Assembly (NCBI GenBank): GCA_041662785.1
Contig: JBAZRW010000001.1
Coordinates: 375,768-439,767 of the forward strand
From: Bdellovibrionales bacterium
Lineage (GTDB): Bacteria; Pseudomonadota; Alphaproteobacteria; UBA9219
Reading direction: 5' to 3'
DNA length: 64,000 nt
The notes under the pieces were generated by a model. That model searched no databases and was not told the DNA's origin. It saw nothing but the letters and a program-made list of their open reading frames with translations. Shown here piece after piece: positions 37,580 to 46,189 of the stretch. Each line of letters starts with the position of its first letter. Positions within the stretch are counted from its first letter, which is position 1. Position numbers and translations under genes: made by a program.

Positions 37580-39475
37580 ATGAACAGCCAACAACGCGAC
37601 CGTGCCGCGCCAAACGCCGCTTATGACGTGATCGTGATCGGTGGGGGGCATGCGGGCTGCGAGGCCGCCGCCGCCGCCGCGCGGCTGGGCGCGAAGACGC
37701 TGCTGGCCACGCTGTCCATCGCGACACTGGGCGAGATGTCGTGCAATCCTGCCATTGGCGGCCTTGGCAAGGGCCAATTGGTACGCGAGATCGATGCGCT
37801 GGATGGGCTGATGGGGCGTGTGGCGGATGCGGCGGGCATTCACTTCCGCGTTTTGAACCAGAGCAAAGGCGCGGCGGTGCGTGGACACCGCTGTCAGGCC
37901 GACCGCAAGCTGTACCGCGAAGCGATGCGCGAAACCCTTTTTGCCCAAGAAAACCTGACCATTTTAGAAATGTCGGTTGAAGATTTGACGCGTGGTGAGG
38001 ACGGCGTTTTCACCATCACCTCGGCGGCGGGCGCGTCTTTGACGGGCGCGGCCGTGATCGTGACCACCGGCACTTTCCTCAATGGCCTGATGCATATCGG
38101 CGAGGATAAAATCATCGGCGGGCGCGTGGGTGAGCCGCCTTCCGTGGGATTGGCGGCGGCGCTGCGAGCGCTGGGCTTTCCTTTGGGGCGCCTCAAGACG
38201 GGGACGCCCGCAAGGCTTTCCAGCAAAACAATCGATTGGGCCGTTTTAGAAAAGCAGGAGGGCGACAACCCACCCGAACCTTTTTCCATGATGACAAGCT
38301 CTATCACAAACCGCCAGATCGCTTGCGGCATCACGCACACCTCGCCGGAAATGCACGCGATTATCCACGCCAATTTGCACCGCGCTCCCCTTTATTCGGG
38401 GCAGATTCAAGGCATAGGGCCGCGTTATTGCCCGTCAATCGAAGACAAAGTCGTGCGTTTTGCCAGCCGCGAGAGGCATCAGGTTTTCTTAGAGCCCGAA
38501 GGCCTAGACGATGACACCGTTTATCCCAACGGGATTTCGACCTCCCTGCCCCGCGATGTGCAGGATGCGATGATCCATTCCATCCGCGGCTTGGAAAAGG
38601 TCGAAATCCTGCGCTATGGTTACGCCGTTGAGTATGATTATTGCGACCCGCGAGAGCTTCGCGCGACGTTGGAGACCAAGCGTGTCGCGGGGCTATACTT
38701 TGCGGGGCAGATCAACGCCACCACGGGTTATGAGGAAGCGGCGGCGCAAGGCCTGATGGCAGGCTTGAATGCCGCGCTGAAGGTCGCGGGGCGCGAGCCT
38801 TTTGTTCTGGGGCGCGATGAGGCCTATATCGGCGTGATGATCGACGACTTGATCACCAAGGGCACGAGCGAGCCTTACCGCATGTTCACCTCACGCGCCG
38901 AATACCGCCTTATCCTGCGTGCGGACAACGCCGATCAGCGGCTCACGCCGCGCGGGTTGGCCATCGGGTGCGTCGGTGCTGACAGGAAGCGTGTTTTTGA
39001 GGCCAAAAGCGAGGCGCTGACGCAGGCAAGGGCGCAGATGGACGCCCTGACCGCCACGCCGCAAGAACTGGCTCAGGCGGGCTTTAAAATCAATCAGGAC
39101 GGCATCCGGCGCTCGGCCCGTGAGCTTTTGGCGCATCAAGAGTTTTCTTTTGAGCGTCTGGAGGGCTATTGGCCCGCGCTGAAGGCCCTTTCCCCTGCCG
39201 TCAAGGCGCAGATGGAGATTGAAAGCGCCTATGCGGGCTATATTCAGCAGCAAGAGGCGGATATTCGTGCCTATCGCCGCGATGAGGCGCTCACCCTCCC
39301 CGCCGATCTGGACTATGGCGCGGTGGGCGGGCTTTCCACCGAAATCCGGCAAAAGCTTGAGGCCGTGCGGCCTGAAACATTGGGTACAGCGGGGCGTATC
39401 CCGGGCGTAACGCCAGCGGCCATTATGGCGCTTTTACGCTTTACGAAAAGGCGCAAAGAAAGGGTACAAGAATGA
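37580..39475 (+). CDS. mnmG: tRNA uridine 5-carboxymethylaminomethyl modification enzyme MnmG (GidA)
   Basis: [19 protein letters not shown] motif plus [11 protein letters not shown] and [18 protein letters not shown]. Confidence 0.95.
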   Translation: MNSQQRDRAAPNAAYDVIVIGGGHAGCEAAAAAARLGAKTLLATLSIATLGEMSCNPAIGGLGKGQLVREIDALDGLMGRVADAAGIHFRVLNQSKGAAVRGHRCQADRKLYREAMRETLFAQENLTILEMSVEDLTRGEDGVFTITSAAGASLTGAAVIVTTGTFLNGLMHIGEDKIIGGRVGEPPSVGLAAALRALGFPLGRLKTGTPARLSSKTIDWAVLEKQEGDNPPEPFSMMTSSITNRQIACGITHTSPEMHAIIHANLHRAPLYSGQIQGIGPRYCPSIEDKVVRFASRERHQVFLEPEGLDDDTVYPNGISTSLPRDVQDAMIHSIRGLEKVEILRYGYAVEYDYCDPRELRATLETKRVAGLYFAGQINATTGYEEAAAQGLMAGLNAALKVAGREPFVLGRDEAYIGVMIDDLITKGTSEPYRMFTSRAEYRLILRADNADQRLTPRGLAIGCVGADRKRVFEAKSEALTQARAQMDALTATPQELAQAGFKINQDGIRRSARELLAHQEFSFERLEGYWPALKALSPAVKAQMEIESAYAGYIQQQEADIRAYRRDEALTLPADLDYGAVGGLSTEIRQKLEAVRPETLGTAGRIPGVTPAAIMALLRFTKRRKERVQE

Positions 39476-40173
39476 CGGATTCTTTTTCTTCTCCCCCCGT
39501 TTCTTGTGAAACAGAGGTCTCGGACGGCGGCCTTGCAGCCTTTAAGGCCAGCTTCCCCGTTGCCCGTGAAACGATGGAAAAGCTGGAGAGCTACGCCGCC
39601 CTTTTGCGGGAAGAAAACGAAAAGATCAATTTGGTGGCGGCCAGCACCCTGCCCTGCCTGTGGGAGCGGCACTTTCTGGACTCGGCGCAGCTTTTCCCTC
39701 TGATCCCCTCGCCCAAGACGGCGCGGCTTATCGATCTAGGCTCAGGCGCGGGCTTTCCCGCGCTGGTTTTAGCCATCATGGGCGTGGCCGAGGTGCATTG
39801 TGTTGAAAGCACAGGCAAAAAGGCAAGATTTTTGGAGGCCGTAGCCAAAGGGCTGGCCCTTCCCGTCACGGTGCATCAGGATCGAATTGAAGCCCTTAAG
39901 GGCCTGAAGGGCGATGTTGTGACCGCGCGGGCGCTGGCCGCCCTTCCCGATTTATTGGGGCTTGCCGCCCCTTTTATGAAAAAAGACTCCATCGGCCTCT
40001 TTTTAAAGGGCGAAAAGGCCGATGCGGAATTGACAGAGGCGCATAAATATTGGACATTCAGTGTTGAAAAAAGGGAGAGCCTAACCTCCCCAACAAGCGT
40101 TATTTTGCAAATAAGCGACCTGAAAGCGCGTCCAAAACATGACAGAAAACGCCCCGTATCCAACAAAAAATGA
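39472..40173 (+). CDS. rsmG: 16S rRNA (guanine527-N7)-methyltransferase RsmG (GidB)
   Basis: RHFLDS and [14 protein letters not shown] motif. 4-nt overlap with mnmG. Confidence 0.85.
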   Translation: MTDSFSSPPVSCETEVSDGGLAAFKASFPVARETMEKLESYAALLREENEKINLVAASTLPCLWERHFLDSAQLFPLIPSPKTARLIDLGSGAGFPALVLAIMGVAEVHCVESTGKKARFLEAVAKGLALPVTVHQDRIEALKGLKGDVVTARALAALPDLLGLAAPFMKKDSIGLFLKGEKADAELTEAHKYWTFSVEKRESLTSPTSVILQISDLKARPKHDRKRPVSNKK

Positions 40174-40969
40174 CGCTTCTTGTCGTGTGATCGCTGTCGT
40201 CAATCAAAAGGGCGGCGTCGGGAAAACAACCACGACGGTCAATCTGGCGACGGCCATGGCGGCGGTGGGCAAGCGCGTTCTTATCGTTGATGCCGATCCG
40301 CAAGGCAACGCCTCGACCGGCTTTGGCTTTTCGCGAAGCGAGCGCGGCGTTGGCTGTTATGAGCTTATGTTTGATGGGCTGGCGGTTGAGGACGTGGCTG
40401 TCGCCACCCCTATCCCCAATCTTTCGATTATCACATCCTCTGCCGATTTGGCGGGCGCGGAGATTCAACTGGTGAATATCGAACAGCGTGAATCGCGCAT
40501 GCGTGCGGCGTTAGAGCGCAGCGCGAAGGATTACGATTTTATTTTGATCGATTGCCCCCCCTCATTGAACCTTATCACGCTCAACGCGCTGGTCGCGGCG
40601 CATGCGCTGCTGGTTCCTTTGCAGGTGGAGTTCTATGCGCTGGAAGGAATGAGCAGCCTTTTACAGACCGTCGATGCCGTTCGCGCACGGTTCAATCCGA
40701 TGCTAGAGATACAAGGGGTTGTGTTGACCATGTTTGACAAACGCAACAGTTTGTCGGAAGCGGTCGCCAGCGATGTCCGCGCCTTTTTTGGTGAGCAGGT
40801 ATATGAAACAGAGATTCCGCGCAACGTGCGCGTGTCCGAAGCGCCGTCCCACGGCAAGCCTGTTTTGCTTTACGATCTAAAATGTTCTGGCAGCCGCGCC
40901 TATATGCTTTTGGCGGGCGAGTTTTTGCGCCGTGAGGAAGATAAGGCGCAAGAGGCTGATGCCGCGTAA
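40139..40969 (+). CDS. parA: Chromosome partitioning ATPase ParA
   Basis: Deviant Walker A NQKGGVGKTTT, plus DCPPSL and EAPSHGKPVLLYD. Confidence 0.9.
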   Translation: MTENAPYPTKNDASCRVIAVVNQKGGVGKTTTTVNLATAMAAVGKRVLIVDADPQGNASTGFGFSRSERGVGCYELMFDGLAVEDVAVATPIPNLSIITSSADLAGAEIQLVNIEQRESRMRAALERSAKDYDFILIDCPPSLNLITLNALVAAHALLVPLQVEFYALEGMSSLLQTVDAVRARFNPMLEIQGVVLTMFDKRNSLSEAVASDVRAFFGEQVYETEIPRNVRVSEAPSHGKPVLLYDLKCSGSRAYMLLAGEFLRREEDKAQEADAA

Positions 40970-40995
40970 TGAGTTGTGTTTAAAAAGGAAAAGAC

Positions 40996-41916
40996 ATGAA
41001 CGCAAAAGCCAACATAAAACCAGCCCCCCTTGGCCGCGGCCTTTCCGCCCTTTTCGGGGATACAGACGCGTCTTACAGGCCGCAAACCGTGTCTCGCGCC
41101 GCTCCCGCCGCCGTGAAGCCCGCGCAGGACGGGACCACGATTCAGTCCTTGCCGATTGAGTGGATTCAGCCGGGGGCCTACCAGCCCCGCCGTCATTTCG
41201 ATGCCGAATCAATCCAAGAGCTAGCCAATTCGATCAAAGAATGTGGCGTTTTGCAGCCCCTTATGGTGCGACCCATCGCCGGTGAAAAAGACTCCTATGA
41301 AATCATCGCGGGTGAGCGCCGCTGGCGCGCATCGCAAAAGGCAGGGCTTCATCAGGTTCCCGTGATCGTGAAGGCGATGACGGATCGTGAGGCGATGGAA
41401 ATCGGCCTGATCGAGAACGTGCAACGTCAGGACCTCTCGCCGCTTGAGGAGGCCGAGGGCTATAGACGGCTGTTGGAAGAGTTCAACCACACGCAAGAAA
41501 ATCTGGCCAAAATCGTCGGGAAAAGCCGCCCGCACATTACGAATTTTCTGCGGCTTTTAAAATTGCCGGACAGCGTTAAGGCCATGCTGGATTCCGGCGC
41601 GATCACCATGGGCCATGCGCGGGTCGTGATTACGGCCAAGGATCCCGAAGCGTTGGCCAATGAAATTTTGAAAAAAGGGCTTAGTGTTCGCCAAGCCGAG
41701 GCGCTGGCCAAAAAAGAATCCGATGGCCGTTTTGCGAAGAAGGAGAGGGCGTCCACCAGCAGTGATCCCAACATCCTTGCGCTAGAGCGCGACATTGGCC
41801 GTTCACTGGGGTTGAAGATCAAGATCCACGTGCTGACCTCAACGACCGGAACGCTGACACTTCACTACAACGACCTTGATCAGCTGGAAGGCGTTTTGAA
41901 AAAATTGCAGGCGTAG
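40996..41916 (+). CDS. parB: Chromosome partitioning protein ParB
   Basis: Contains QPRR.F, GVLQPLMVRP, IIAGERRWRA, LIENVQRQDLSPLEEA and an HTH region. Confidence 0.9.
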   Translation: MNAKANIKPAPLGRGLSALFGDTDASYRPQTVSRAAPAAVKPAQDGTTIQSLPIEWIQPGAYQPRRHFDAESIQELANSIKECGVLQPLMVRPIAGEKDSYEIIAGERRWRASQKAGLHQVPVIVKAMTDREAMEIGLIENVQRQDLSPLEEAEGYRRLLEEFNHTQENLAKIVGKSRPHITNFLRLLKLPDSVKAMLDSGAITMGHARVVITAKDPEALANEILKKGLSVRQAEALAKKESDGRFAKKERASTSSDPNILALERDIGRSLGLKIKIHVLTSTTGTLTLHYNDLDQLEGVLKKLQA

Positions 41917-41933
41917 GGGCGGGAGCGGTTTTT

Positions 41934-41949
41934 TGGAGCGGTGAAGGGA
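41934..41949. repeat. Distal att direct repeat (copy of the tRNA-Gly 3' end, 1-nt deletion)
   Basis: 16 of 17 nt identical to 47591-47607. Confidence 0.6.
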
Positions 41950-42010
41950 GCCACATTTAAGCCATAACGCATTGATTTAACGATTGTGACGGCGGCGTGA
42001 ACTTCAAACA

Positions 42011-42030
42011 TGCCCCCAATTGTGCCCCCA
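42011..42030. promoter_or_regulatory. Two direct TGCCCCCA octamers (candidate arm-type recombinase sites), distal island end
   Basis: ATGCCCCCAATTGTGCCCCCA. The 13-mer ATGCCCCCAATTG is shared with 47470-47482. Confidence 0.4.
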
Positions 42031-42034
42031 GACG

Positions 42035-43267
42035 CTATTTCCACGGCATGTATCGGAAATCTCCTTTGACCCTTTGTCTCATTTCATCAAAATCGACAGG
42101 CCTATCTTCGGGGCGCAAAACGTACACGCGTATTGAATAAAGCGTTTGGTTGGAGAGCACCTTCATCAGCGACGATTTATGCTCCATTATCGACACAGAG
42201 CCCCCCTCTCCGTTTCGAATTCTCACAGCCTGTTCAAAGCTTTCAGCATTGTGTGCCCTGTCGGGTGATGACGCCGTGCATCCTTCCGATGCGGGGACGA
42301 AAGTCCCAACTTTTGTAATGCTCATCTGAGCACTCCAAACATTCCAATAAGAAGCTGGGATTTTGTAGTGGTCCGCCCACACTTCTATTTTTTCGTTTAG
42401 AGCTTGAAGTCGACCCAAAAAAGCGTCTTTACTCTCTTCTCCTCTGGCATCAATATATTCAACGTCACCAATTAGTTTTGGCGGCTTCCTTTGTATAATT
42501 GCTCGAGCCTTTGCGTGAATTTCGTCCGAACCATCTTCTATGGCCAACTCACGAATTTTTTCGTGGACGTATGTGTCGTCATATCTTTCCCATGTGCCGT
42601 TAGATATTTTGGTCTCAATTTGATCCGCTTCGCCTTCCAATCGACCGTTTTTTAACAAATAGATGAGAACGCAGTTCAAAAGCCACTCCATTGAAACAAC
42701 GGTCTTGTGATATACGACCTGTTGGTAATCGAAGAAGCGACCAAGCAACAAATGTTCTGCTGTACGGAGTGCTTTTGCCGTCAAGCATATCTGCTCATCG
42801 CGATCTACCCCCATTTGGCTTAGTAGGTAAGGAAGATCAATAGCACCATAAGGCAGCCCCGTATGGTGGGCCGACCTCATTAAATAATCAATCCGATCTG
42901 CATCTAGGTCCGAACTCACGAGATTTGCAAAACGACACGGGGCCTCTCTGTTGAAGATGTTTGAAACCTCCGTCGGTTCAATTCCGTTGTCTATTAAAAG
43001 CGCGCGTATGTTGGCATCTTGATCAAGAACGCGCTTGCTTACCGCCTCATGTTTGAGCGGTTTCAACGGCGGTCCGCCTTCGACTATGGATGCGTTGCAA
43101 TAACTTCTAATCGCATGTTCCATCGCATGAGAGAACGGGTAATGGCCTATGTCATGAAGAAGACCCGCAAGGCGAAAAACAACAAAATCTCTCGGAGCAA
43201 TTGTTATGTTTCGGGAAGCGTATCCAAAAGCAACTTGAGGGCGATCAAGTTCGTTTCCATGGCACAT
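42035..43267 (-). CDS. HD-domain phosphohydrolase, SAMHD1/dNTPase-like (410 aa)
   Basis: Contains LLHDIGHYPFSHAMEH and SDLDADRIDYLMRSAHHTGLPYG, the HD...D pattern of SAMHD1/EF1143-type enzymes. AGGGGA lies upstream of the ATG. Confidence 0.75.
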   Translation of the reverse strand: MCHGNELDRPQVAFGYASRNITIAPRDFVVFRLAGLLHDIGHYPFSHAMEHAIRSYCNASIVEGGPPLKPLKHEAVSKRVLDQDANIRALLIDNGIEPTEVSNIFNREAPCRFANLVSSDLDADRIDYLMRSAHHTGLPYGAIDLPYLLSQMGVDRDEQICLTAKALRTAEHLLLGRFFDYQQVVYHKTVVSMEWLLNCVLIYLLKNGRLEGEADQIETKISNGTWERYDDTYVHEKIRELAIEDGSDEIHAKARAIIQRKPPKLIGDVEYIDARGEESKDAFLGRLQALNEKIEVWADHYKIPASYWNVWSAQMSITKVGTFVPASEGCTASSPDRAHNAESFEQAVRIRNGEGGSVSIMEHKSSLMKVLSNQTLYSIRVYVLRPEDRPVDFDEMRQRVKGDFRYMPWK

Positions 43268-43444
43268 TCCCCTGATTTGGATTTCCTGCTGTCAAATCAT
43301 CATACCGATTTGGTATGAGCATGGCAATTACACACTCAAGAAAAAAACACGCCCATCGAGAGGTGTTTTTGGAAAGGTTTCATTAACTAATGTCGGCAGG
43401 GACGGATTGCGCGTGATTGCGATCTATAAGTAACTGATTAGGAA

Positions 43445-43810
43445 TTAAGGCAAAAAGGGAATGGTGTCGATCTCGGTCATCACCTTGTCGGTTTCGGTGA
43501 GGGCGACGATGATGCGCTGCCAGTGCATAAGGTCGTCGCTGGTCAGCTTGCGCCCCTTGCGATCCTTGAGCCATTTCTGCGCGGGTTGATAGCCGCCAAT
43601 ATAAAACTCCCAAGCCACAAGCGGCACATGATCGAAATACTGCGTGGGGTTGATCCAGACGCGCCCTGTGGCGGCATGGTCCTTTGTCGGCGCGAACCGC
43701 AAGGCAATAACCTCGTGATCGCCGGAGACAGGATAGGCGGTGATGAGCGTATCCAGTGCGGGGCTTTCCATCAGATGTAGGGCGCGAAGCTTGCCTCCCT
43801 GTGTGGCCAA
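43445..43810 (-). pseudogene. C-terminal fragment of a type ISP / type IIG restriction-modification enzyme
   Basis: ...WEFYIGGYQPAQKWLKDRKGRKLTSDDLMHWQRIIVALTETDKVMTEID matches my recollection of the conserved C-terminal module of these roughly 1000-aa enzymes. Only about 120 codons are present, and the fragment is GC-richer than the rest of the island. Confidence 0.6.
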
Positions 43811-43839
43811 CGCATGAAACGTCGCCTTATCCTTGCTAA

Positions 43840-43876
43840 AGACGTGATCGTCGGTTCAATCCCTATCGGCAGCACC
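43840..43876 (+). other. tRNA 3'-end-like fragment (no complete tRNA)
   Basis: ...GGTTCAATCCCTATCGGCAGCACCA looks like a T-loop plus acceptor 3' strand plus CCA. There is no matching 5' acceptor strand upstream. Confidence 0.4.
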
Positions 43877-44043
43877 AGTTTTCGAGATAATATCAATAGG
43901 TTACAAGCGGTCGCGCTGAGAGGCTTTTTGTCGTTCATTCTGGGGGAAGCAGGGCGGAAGCATAAAACCCCAAAAAGTATCTTTTAAAAACCGCCAAGCT
44001 TCACAATTTATGCTAAGAAACGTTCGTTCAAGCTTTCCGGATA

Positions 44044-44463
44044 GTGCCCATTATGTCCAGAGACGACTTTACCGAGGCAACAAAAAACAAACTCGCCAAA
44101 GCTGTGGGGTGGTTGTGCTCGAACCCAAAATGCCAAAAAGTAACAGTGGGCTCAAATTCTGATCACACAGGTATTATAAATGTTGGGGTTGCCTGCCATA
44201 AGGACCAGCTTATTCACTCCAATCTGCCAGTCCAATCAAAACGCGGCATTCTTACGATCCTTGTTTTAAATGGATATATTTTGGAAGCAGGCCTTGTTCT
44301 TTCTGGGGTCCAGACATGGATGGCAGAGGCGCAGAAAAAACAATGGATGCTACAACAATCACTATATGAATTAGAAGAATGGCTGACCCTTCTCCCCTTT
44401 ACAGACCGCCCGGAGGCAGCGTTAGATGGGGCAGGATTATTGGCAGCAACCTTGACAAGGTGA
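44044..44463 (+). pseudogene. HNH-endonuclease-like N-terminal fragment / doubtful ORF
   Basis: The first 50 aa or so (FTEATKNKLAKAVGWLCSNPKCQKVTVGSNSDHTGIINVGVACH) resemble the N-terminus of a standalone HNH family. The catalytic part is not recognisable, and the ORF overlaps the PrimPol ORF tail. Confidence 0.3.
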
Positions 44464-45047
44464 TTAAAAAGGGAGGTGTTCCTTTCCCCCAACCTTGCTT
44501 GTTGCCGACGAGGGCCCGCCTCGTGTTTTTTTATACACGGGAGGTCTTCCAGAAAGGAAATGTCCCCTTCAAGAAAAACATACTGTCTGTTCATTTCAGG
44601 ATTAATAGACGGTGGTGCGATCACGTATCCACCCTCGCTACGCACATCAATTTTTCGTTTGGCAGAGGTGCTGTTCTTTTCGTCGACAAATCGGTAATAG
44701 AGATGTTTGCCTCCACGCGGGGTGGAAACAACCACAGGGGTTTCTCCAAACTCATCGTAAAGGGCCTCTAGCGGAAGTGCTGGGTCATCAACGTCAACAA
44801 CAGTGATATTCGATAGCCTTCCTGTGATTAGCCCAATGTTTGCGTTGGAAAATCGCGCTATCATTTTATCAAGCTCAGACCTTGTGGGCTGCCTGTCTTG
44901 ATATGGTTTCCATTTAACCAGAGGGTGTTTGCCGTCTTCTCCCAAACAAGGAAAAATGGACAAACCCATATCGTAATAGCTCAACGCAAGCTGTTTGAAC
45001 GGGCTTTGAGCCTTGGACGGCAAAGTAATGGATGAAGAACGAGCCAT
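44214..45047 (-). CDS. Bifunctional primase-polymerase (PrimPol) N-terminal domain protein, probably 3'-truncated
   Basis: Contains GLSIFPC...KHPLVKWKPYQ, VVDVDD, GGKHLYYR and DVRSEGGYVIAPPS. The last 70 codons or so (below about 44435) are low-complexity and look non-native. No helicase domain follows. Confidence 0.6.
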   Translation of the reverse strand: MARSSSITLPSKAQSPFKQLALSYYDMGLSIFPCLGEDGKHPLVKWKPYQDRQPTRSELDKMIARFSNANIGLITGRLSNITVVDVDDPALPLEALYDEFGETPVVVSTPRGGKHLYYRFVDEKNSTSAKRKIDVRSEGGYVIAPPSINPEMNRQYVFLEGDISFLEDLPCIKKHEAGPRRQQARLGERNTSLFNHLVKVAANNPAPSNAASGRSVKGRRVSHSSNSYSDCCSIHCFFCASAIHVWTPERTRPASKIYPFKTRIVRMPRFDWTGRLE

Positions 45048-45059
45048 TTACTTCGCCAC

Positions 45060-45275
45060 TCAATTGCTGGAAGCTTGGCGCGAGGTCGGGATGCGGCTTG
45101 CTATCCAAGCATCAATCTGTGAAGAAAGCCATCCAACAGCCCTCGCGCCAAGGCTGACGGGGCGCGGGAATTGCTCCTTCTCGATGAGGTCGTAGGCCAT
45201 GCTGCGGCTCAGACCAGTGCGGTCAAGAACCTCGCGAAGGCGGATGATTTTTTCGTTTGTGATTGTTTGAGACAT
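45060..45275 (-). CDS. alpA: AlpA-family transcriptional regulator / excisionase-like protein
   Basis: 71 aa: IIRLREVLDRTGLSRSMAYDLIEKEQFPRPVSLGARAVGWLSSQIDAWI. Confidence 0.8.
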   Translation of the reverse strand: MSQTITNEKIIRLREVLDRTGLSRSMAYDLIEKEQFPRPVSLGARAVGWLSSQIDAWIASRIPTSRQASSN

Positions 45276-45355
45276 ATCTAAACCCTCTAGGTTGTTTCAA
45301 GATATGACCCGTGTAGAGAACTGCCCTCGTGGCTTCACCGCAAGTGCGGAAAGAC

Positions 45356-46189
45356 TTACCGCAATTGCGCAAAAACGTTGTTGTTTAGCCCCCCTTTCGC
45401 ACGCGCAAACTTATCCTCAAGCGTTCTTTTTGATAGGCCTTGTTCTTGTGGAAAATCCTCTAATAGCTTGGCGATTACTGCCGTTTCGTTACCGTAGGGG
45501 GCAGGTTTCTTGCCGTTAGGTGTCCTTCCCAAAAGCAGAGCAAGCATCGTTCCGATGATGTTGAGGTATGTTGTTTCCGCTCGAGCTCCCAGCAATGCAG
45601 GACATTCTTTCCCACCGTTTTCCAGCTCCTCTAAATCTACGCGCTGGAAGCCAAGCTCAGAACGATCCGGCCATGTTGTCTCTTTGATGTAATCGGACAG
45701 CCAGCGCGTTTTTATGGGGGCGTCGTCAGCGACAGTCACGCTGGCTTCAAAATCCGCAAAACTTTTTGCGTTGTCGCTCTTTTCTTCATCTGTGACCCGT
45801 CGAACGACCTCCCACTGAAACCCCTCTTTGTCCCAGACAGTCAGCCCACCCCAGTAAATGGAAGATTGAAGCGATCCTCTTTTATCCGTGATGAGGGACA
45901 TAATCCAATCTCGCGTATGGCTGGCTTCTTTTGTTTCAAAATGATGCGGTCCTTCAAGCTCAGAGATAGTCTCTTGAGCGGGATGCGGTGACGTTTCTTC
46001 CGTCGAAGCAAGCCGCCTTGCTGGCCGCCCCCGGATGTACCATGACAGACGGACAGTGTTTTCGACGACAAGTTGCAGAAGATCATTCTCAGTTATTTCT
46101 TCACCAAAGGCCAAGGAAACCCTCTTGGCGGCATCTTGAAGCGAATACCAATCTTTCAGTTTATATAATCTGCTTTTGGTTTGCGTCAT
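45356..46189 (-). CDS. Hypothetical island protein (277 aa)
   Basis: Clean ORF whose start overlaps the integrase stop by 4 nt. No recognisable catalytic motif. Confidence 0.5.
   Translation of the reverse strand: MTQTKSRLYKLKDWYSLQDAAKRVSLAFGEEITENDLLQLVVENTVRLSWYIRGRPARRLASTEETSPHPAQETISELEGPHHFETKEASHTRDWIMSLITDKRGSLQSSIYWGGLTVWDKEGFQWEVVRRVTDEEKSDNAKSFADFEASVTVADDAPIKTRWLSDYIKETTWPDRSELGFQRVDLEELENGGKECPALLGARAETTYLNIIGTMLALLLGRTPNGKKPAPYGNETAVIAKLLEDFPQEQGLSKRTLEDKFARAKGGLNNNVFAQLR

Noticed and set aside
39498-39513. parS-like sequence CGTTTCTTGTGAAACA in the 5' end of rsmG
   Set aside because: It matches the TGTTTCACGTGAAACA consensus at only 13 of 16 positions and breaks the central palindrome. 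I found no perfect parS in the window, so I do not call one. A genome-wide search is needed.
43343-43372. Hairpin AAAAACAC...GTGTTTTT as a terminator after the type ISP fragment
   Set aside because: The stem is short and AT-rich with a 12-nt loop, which is too weak to call with confidence.
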